Positions 60,065-64,000 of a stretch of DNA of 64,000 nucleotides are shown here, one piece after another (within the stretch, counting starts at the first letter, position 1; each line of letters begins with the position of its first letter). A program made the position numbers and the translations under genes. Source of the DNA: a virus (Duplodnaviria; Caudoviricetes); IMG/VR virus record IMGVR_UViG_3300032295_000548, positions 32,001 through 96,000 of that record. The stretch is one strand, 5' to 3'. The notes beneath the pieces are model-generated. The model was not told where the DNA came from. It saw nothing but the letters and a program-made list of their open reading frames with translations, and made no database searches.

Positions 60065-60090
60065 GCCTGTTGAAAGACAGGCTTTTTATT
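60065..60090 (+). promoter_or_regulatory. Terminator-like hairpin in the porin leader
   Basis: AGCCTGTT-GAAA-GACAGGCT-TTTTATT, just after TAAATA (60051). Confidence 0.65.
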
Positions 60091-60103
60091 AAAGGAAAAT
60101 TTT

Positions 60104-60985
60104 ATGAAGAAAATCGTAATGGCAACATTATTTATGGCAGCTACAGGTTTAGCTAGTGCTCAAGTATCCCTATCAGGAAAGGTCAGCGAGTTCGTTGATT
60201 CTTCTAAGGTGGCCGGCAACAAAAGCACTCAGTTGGTTACAGCACCAACTAGTAACTTTGCTTTGTCTGTCAATGAAAAATTGGGCGGTGGTCTAACTGC
60301 ACGTGCTGTAGTCGAAACTTCACTAAGTGGTAACACCATTGATGGTGTTGGTACTAAGTTGGGTGATCGTCAAGGTACTGTAGGTCTGTCAAGCAAGCTT
60401 GGTAGCGTTGATCTAGGTCGCAATGTTCATAGCCATTTCTTAGCAATCACAAACAACGATACTTTCAGTACATTGTTTGGTAGTGTTGCAGGTGATGTTC
60501 ACAATCTACGTAATCTACGTTTAGGTGATGCAGTGTTCGTTAACGTAACTCCTGTTAAAAACTTAGCAGTTGCTTATGAGCGTTCACAAGTTGCTGTTGG
60601 CCAAGAGGCTACAGTAGTTGCAGGTTCTACTAAAGTAATGGGTGTGAATGCATCTGTTGCTCGTTTCGAACAAGGTACTGAAAAGAGTACTGTTGTTGGA
60701 TTGAACACAACCATTCTAGGTAACAAGGTTACATATACTCATAGCGATGACCAAGGTCTAGTAAAGAGTAAGGGCGACTTGGTTGGTGTTGCACGTGATT
60801 TTGGTGCTATCACTGCTAAGGCAAGCTATGGTACTACAAACACAGACGTTAAAGCATATGCATTAGGTGCTGATTATAATTTCAGCAAGCGTACTGCATT
60901 GACTGTTGCATATCGCAATGTCAACAAGACAGGTTCAGCACATGACGTTGAACAAGTAGGTGTAGGTTTGACACATCGTTTCTGA
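60104..60985 (+). CDS. Gram-negative outer-membrane porin (betaproteobacterial type)
   Basis: Signal peptide (ASA/QV), E.LGGGL.A...E, DRQ..VGL...GSV.LGR, ADYNFSKRT, C-terminal VGLTHRF. Confidence 0.88.
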   Translation: MKKIVMATLFMAATGLASAQVSLSGKVSEFVDSSKVAGNKSTQLVTAPTSNFALSVNEKLGGGLTARAVVETSLSGNTIDGVGTKLGDRQGTVGLSSKLGSVDLGRNVHSHFLAITNNDTFSTLFGSVAGDVHNLRNLRLGDAVFVNVTPVKNLAVAYERSQVAVGQEATVVAGSTKVMGVNASVARFEQGTEKSTVVGLNTTILGNKVTYTHSDDQGLVKSKGDLVGVARDFGAITAKASYGTTNTDVKAYALGADYNFSKRTALTVAYRNVNKTGSAHDVEQVGVGLTHRF

Positions 60986-61001
60986 TAAGATCGACCTCAA
61001 T

Positions 61002-61024
61002 AAAAGGCTCTTCGGAGCCTTTTT
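61002..61024 (+). terminator. Intrinsic terminator after the porin
   Basis: AAAAGGCTC-TTCG-GAGCCTTTTT. Confidence 0.9.
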
Positions 61025-61031
61025 CCATGGC

Positions 61032-61060
61032 TTGACAATAAATAGGATGTAAGATATAAT
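61032..61060 (+). promoter_or_regulatory. Perfect sigma70 promoter TTGACA-17-TATAAT
   Basis: Exact consensus; ATG 7 nt downstream. Confidence 0.9.
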
Positions 61061-61066
61061 ACACAC

Positions 61067-61321
61067 ATGGATATAAAAACGGCATTAGACGGTAGAGAAG
61101 TTTGTGACAAGTTACATAGTGACTTGAGTAAGCTTCGGTACAACCCTGATTTACATAAGATGTTGAAAAATATCAATAATATGGTCACGGAAGTTTCTAA
61201 ACTTGAAGTTATCTGCCGGCGTACTGTAAGTCAAGTGATACTTGAAAGACCGCTTAAGGAATTAAATGATGCGGTTACACACTTGCAAAAACTAATACTA
61301 GTTGCACAACTAATGGAATAA
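61067..61321 (+). CDS. Hypothetical helical protein, probably leaderless
   Basis: 84 aa, no RBS, ATG at the expected transcription start. Confidence 0.65.
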   Translation: MDIKTALDGREVCDKLHSDLSKLRYNPDLHKMLKNINNMVTEVSKLEVICRRTVSQVILERPLKELNDAVTHLQKLILVAQLME

Positions 61322-61322
61322 C

Positions 61323-61523
61323 ATGAAATTTATTTTAATATCACTGATTCTGTCAAATGGATGGGCTGTTGAATTCGATTCACTGTCTGCCTGTCAGAAT
61401 GCGGTTCGGGAAATCTATGCACAACGGGTCAATCCCCCAGGGCAACGATTGAAAGAACTTGAGCAAACCATCGACCTACAAGTTAAGACTTCCAAAGAAT
61501 ACCTTTGCGTGAAAAAGGGTTGA
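61323..61523 (+). CDS. Hypothetical small protein
   Basis: 66 aa, hydrophobic N-terminus, two Cys. Confidence 0.55.
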   Translation: MKFILISLILSNGWAVEFDSLSACQNAVREIYAQRVNPPGQRLKELEQTIDLQVKTSKEYLCVKKG

Positions 61524-61548
61524 CAATAAATCCAAAGTATAGTATACT
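61520..61548 (+). promoter_or_regulatory. sigma70 promoter TTGACA-17-TATACT
   Basis: Near consensus. Confidence 0.8.
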
Positions 61549-61569
61549 ATGGGTAATAAGGAGTTAGTT

Positions 61570-61980
61570 ATGGAAATCAAAGTCGAAGGTAGTCGCAGGA
61601 ATAAAAAGTTTGTTGAAGCAATGTTGCCTTCGATGATTAGCCAACTGAAACTTGAAAACTGCCGCAAAGGACTGTTGATTCGCATATATGATGAATGCGA
61701 GGACAATCAAGGTGTGACACTAGACCTGACCAAAGCAACGGGTTGCTATCTTGTTGTCATCAAGCCTACTAGATACCTCAAAGATATCGGTATGACCCTT
61801 GCACATGAATTGGTGCATGTCAAACAAATGGCAAAGGGCATACTAAAGTCTACAAAAAATGGTGCTCAGATTTGGGCTGGCAAAAAGTACTCAAAACGTA
61901 CTAAGTATCTTGATCGACCCTGGGAAATTGAAGCATTTTCCAAGCAAGAACTAATTCTCCGTCGTGCGTTTGAGGATTAA
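61570..61980 (+). CDS. HExxH zinc metallopeptidase-like protein
   Basis: TLAHELVHVKQ...RPWEIEA. Start moved to ATG 61570 (AAGGAG RBS; ATG 61549 abuts the -10 box). Confidence 0.7.
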   Translation: MEIKVEGSRRNKKFVEAMLPSMISQLKLENCRKGLLIRIYDECEDNQGVTLDLTKATGCYLVVIKPTRYLKDIGMTLAHELVHVKQMAKGILKSTKNGAQIWAGKKYSKRTKYLDRPWEIEAFSKQELILRRAFED

Positions 61981-61985
61981 AAAGG

Positions 61986-62014
61986 TTGACGATAAATGGA
62001 TTTGGGTATATAAT
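61986..62014 (+). promoter_or_regulatory. sigma70 promoter TTGACG-17-TATAAT
   Basis: Near consensus. Confidence 0.8.
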
Positions 62015-62046
62015 CATTACATAGACAGTTAACTAAAGGACTCGAA

Positions 62047-62319
62047 ATGTCAGCACTCACAGAATACACCCTGGAAATCTACAAATCAGACAAGCGTACC
62101 AAAGAAGGTAAACGATTGATTGCCAAGCAAGATTTTGCTCCTAGTACTAAAGACTACATTAATGCTGTTGTCGAAGGTAAGCGTCGGTTGGGCTTGATTG
62201 TTGAAGTTTTTGAGACTTATGTTACCCGTAAAAACTCAATGTCAGGTCGTGACTTCCAAGAGCGTTACGACACCCCTTATTTCTGTTCTCCTTCTAGCGA
62301 ATCGTATTGGAGCATGTAA
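62047..62319 (+). CDS. Hypothetical phage protein
   Basis: 90 aa, AAGGA RBS, C-terminal DTPYFCSPSSESYWSM. Confidence 0.7.
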   Translation: MSALTEYTLEIYKSDKRTKEGKRLIAKQDFAPSTKDYINAVVEGKRRLGLIVEVFETYVTRKNSMSGRDFQERYDTPYFCSPSSESYWSM

Positions 62320-62321
62320 TC

Positions 62322-62630
62322 ATGGCACTCACACCATTGACCGAACGCCAAAAGGCATTGATTGTTTCTAACCTTGTTAAGGCATGTCGCAATATTGACA
62401 ACCTGAACAAGACTGGTTACAAGTACATCAATCTTTGCAGTGGTTTCATTGCACACTATGACCTGTATGGTTTCATTTCAGCATACAGTGAACCTAATTC
62501 TCTCAAGCGTGATATCATCTCCTATGCTGGTCAGAATCAATGGCGCAACTTTCGCCCAGGCGAATGTGACTACGACTATTACATGAGCAAGGCTGATGTG
62601 TACAATCGTATTGTTGCCCAAATCATCTAA
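62322..62630 (+). CDS. Hypothetical phage protein
   Basis: GGAG RBS before ATG 62322; ~102 aa. Confidence 0.65.
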   Translation: MALTPLTERQKALIVSNLVKACRNIDNLNKTGYKYINLCSGFIAHYDLYGFISAYSEPNSLKRDIISYAGQNQWRNFRPGECDYDYYMSKADVYNRIVAQII

Positions 62631-62636
62631 ATAAAT

Positions 62637-62665
62637 TTGACGGTAATTCAAATCTCTGTTAAACT
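62637..62665 (+). promoter_or_regulatory. sigma70 promoter TTGACG-17-TAAACT (extended -10 TG)
   Basis: Correct spacing, upstream of the ATPase. Confidence 0.65.
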
Positions 62666-62707
62666 ACAGTTTCTTTCTTTTAACACACTTTCTTTATAGG
62701 ATAACAC

Positions 62708-63808
62708 ATGTCTAAAGTTTCTGACAATCTCACAATCACTAGCGTTCAAGCCCGCAAGGCTGTTCTCAAAGCTTTTCAAGCAAAGCGCCCTGTTTTCTTG
62801 TGGGGCCCTCCCGGCATCGGCAAGTCTGAGGTTGTTCAAGAAATTTCCGATGAACTCGGTGGTTTCGTTATTGACTTGCGTATGGCGCAAATGGAGCCTA
62901 CTGATATTCGAGGCATCCCTTACTTCAACAAAGATATCAACAAGATGGATTGGGCCGCACCCGTCGATTTGCCCGATGAAGAATTCGCAAGTCAATACCC
63001 CGTTGTTGTTCTGTTCCTCGATGAAATGAACTCTGCACCTCCTGCTGTGCAAGCGGCTGGTTATCAACTTATTCTGAACCGTCGTGTAGGTAAGTATAAA
63101 CTCCCTGACAATGTTGTTATCGTTGCGGCAGGTAACCGTGATAGTGACAAAGGTGTGACATATCGCATGCCAATGCCCCTCGCTAATCGTTTCTTGCACT
63201 TGGAAATGCGAGCCGACTTTACTGCATGGCAGAACTGGGCTGTTGACAAAGGCATTCATAAGGACGTGGTTGGTTATTTGTCTTTTGCAAAACAAGACTT
63301 GTACGAATTTGATTCTAAGTCTGCATCACGTGCGTTTGCTACTCCTCGCTCTTGGGTATTCGTGTCTGACTTGTTGAAAGACGAGGACGTTGACACTGAC
63401 ACATTGTTCAACTTGGTTGCAGGTGCTGTTGGTGAAGGTCTTGCTGTTAAGTTTATGGCCCACCGCAAAGTTGCAGGTCGTATGCCAGAACCCTCTGACA
63501 TTCTTTCTGGTAAGGTCAAGGACCTCTCTGTCAAAGAAATCTCGGCTATGTACTCACTGACTGTTTCTATGTGCTACGAATTGCGTGATGCACTTGAGAA
63601 CAAGAAGGTGAACAACAAAGAATTTCATGAAATGGCAAAGAACTTCTTTGAGTACATCATGAAGAACTTTGAAACTGAATTGGTAGTTATGGGTGCTAAG
63701 ATTGCACTCAAGACTTACAAACTTCCAATCGAACCCAGCTTGCTTGGTACTTCGTTTGACGAATTTCACAAGAAGTACGGTAAGTACATTGTGGAAGCTG
63801 GCAACTGA
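62708..63808 (+). CDS. MoxR-like AAA+ ATPase
   Basis: Walker A GPPGIGKS, Walker B LFLDE, AAGN sensor 1, LANRF Arg finger, TPRSW. Confidence 0.88.
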   Translation: MSKVSDNLTITSVQARKAVLKAFQAKRPVFLWGPPGIGKSEVVQEISDELGGFVIDLRMAQMEPTDIRGIPYFNKDINKMDWAAPVDLPDEEFASQYPVVVLFLDEMNSAPPAVQAAGYQLILNRRVGKYKLPDNVVIVAAGNRDSDKGVTYRMPMPLANRFLHLEMRADFTAWQNWAVDKGIHKDVVGYLSFAKQDLYEFDSKSASRAFATPRSWVFVSDLLKDEDVDTDTLFNLVAGAVGEGLAVKFMAHRKVAGRMPEPSDILSGKVKDLSVKEISAMYSLTVSMCYELRDALENKKVNNKEFHEMAKNFFEYIMKNFETELVVMGAKIALKTYKLPIEPSLLGTSFDEFHKKYGKYIVEAGN

Positions 63809-63854
63809 TCCTAAGAGACAGTTGTTTACTCCCGGGGTAGAAATACCCTGTTAC

Positions 63855-63883
63855 AGGGTGGGAGTAACATCTCACCCTTTTTT
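63855..63883 (+). terminator. Intrinsic terminator with competing upstream pairing
   Basis: AGGGTGGGA-gtaaca-TCTCACCCT-TTTT. Confidence 0.6.
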
Positions 63884-63896
63884 ATAAGGTAATGTT

Positions 63897-64000
63897 ATGA
63901 GTGGTAAAAAGTATTTTTACGCATTGGGTCAAAGTGCCCGAGCACGTGGATTGACAAAGGATCAAGGTATTGAATTGTACAAACTTCAATCTGCCCTACC
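63897..64000 (+). CDS. Hypothetical protein, 3'-truncated
   Basis: AAGGT RBS; MSGKKYFYALGQSARARGLTKDQGIELYKLQSALP..., open to the window end. Confidence 0.5.
   Translation, partial: MSGKKYFYALGQSARARGLTKDQGIELYKLQSAL

Noticed and set aside
1332-63769. Numerous short minus-strand and alternate-frame ORFs in the track (including 62648-63295, 215 aa)
   Set aside because: They lie inside or overlap well-supported + strand genes and have no recognisable motifs; they are shadow ORFs.
1-64000. Alternative genetic code
   Set aside because: Standard code 11 gives intact, tightly packed genes, including the 16-kb and 8-kb ORFs.

Overview
Part of a large, AT-rich tailed (jumbo) phage genome, with nearly all genes on the + strand and tightly translationally coupled. 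(1) 1-19475 is a virion tail/baseplate module: a >5370-aa giant structural protein cut by the window start, a tail-fibre protein with an intramolecular-chaperone domain, and smaller structural genes. (2) 19472-59236 is a ~40-kb, 27-gene glycan biosynthesis and tailoring island. It carries GT-A-type glycosyltransferases, 10 GT10/fucosyltransferase-like domains, a GDP-mannose 3,5-epimerase, an NDP-sugar dehydrogenase-GT-methyltransferase fusion, 6 radical SAM enzymes (2 B12-binding), 2 SGNH proteins, a DegT-type aminotransferase, an amidinotransferase, a carbamoyltransferase and a 2713-aa repeat protein. (3) 59233-64000 is an early/host-takeover region with near-consensus sigma70 promoters, a lipoprotein, a betaproteobacterial-type porin, an HExxH protein and a MoxR-like AAA ATPase. 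It also holds a circularly permuted (two-piece) tmRNA with tag ANDSQFALAA, whose intervening segment is filled by a 23-aa hydrophobic ORF. The host is probably a betaproteobacterium (inferred from the porin and tag). All calls come from motif recognition by eye; no searches were run.
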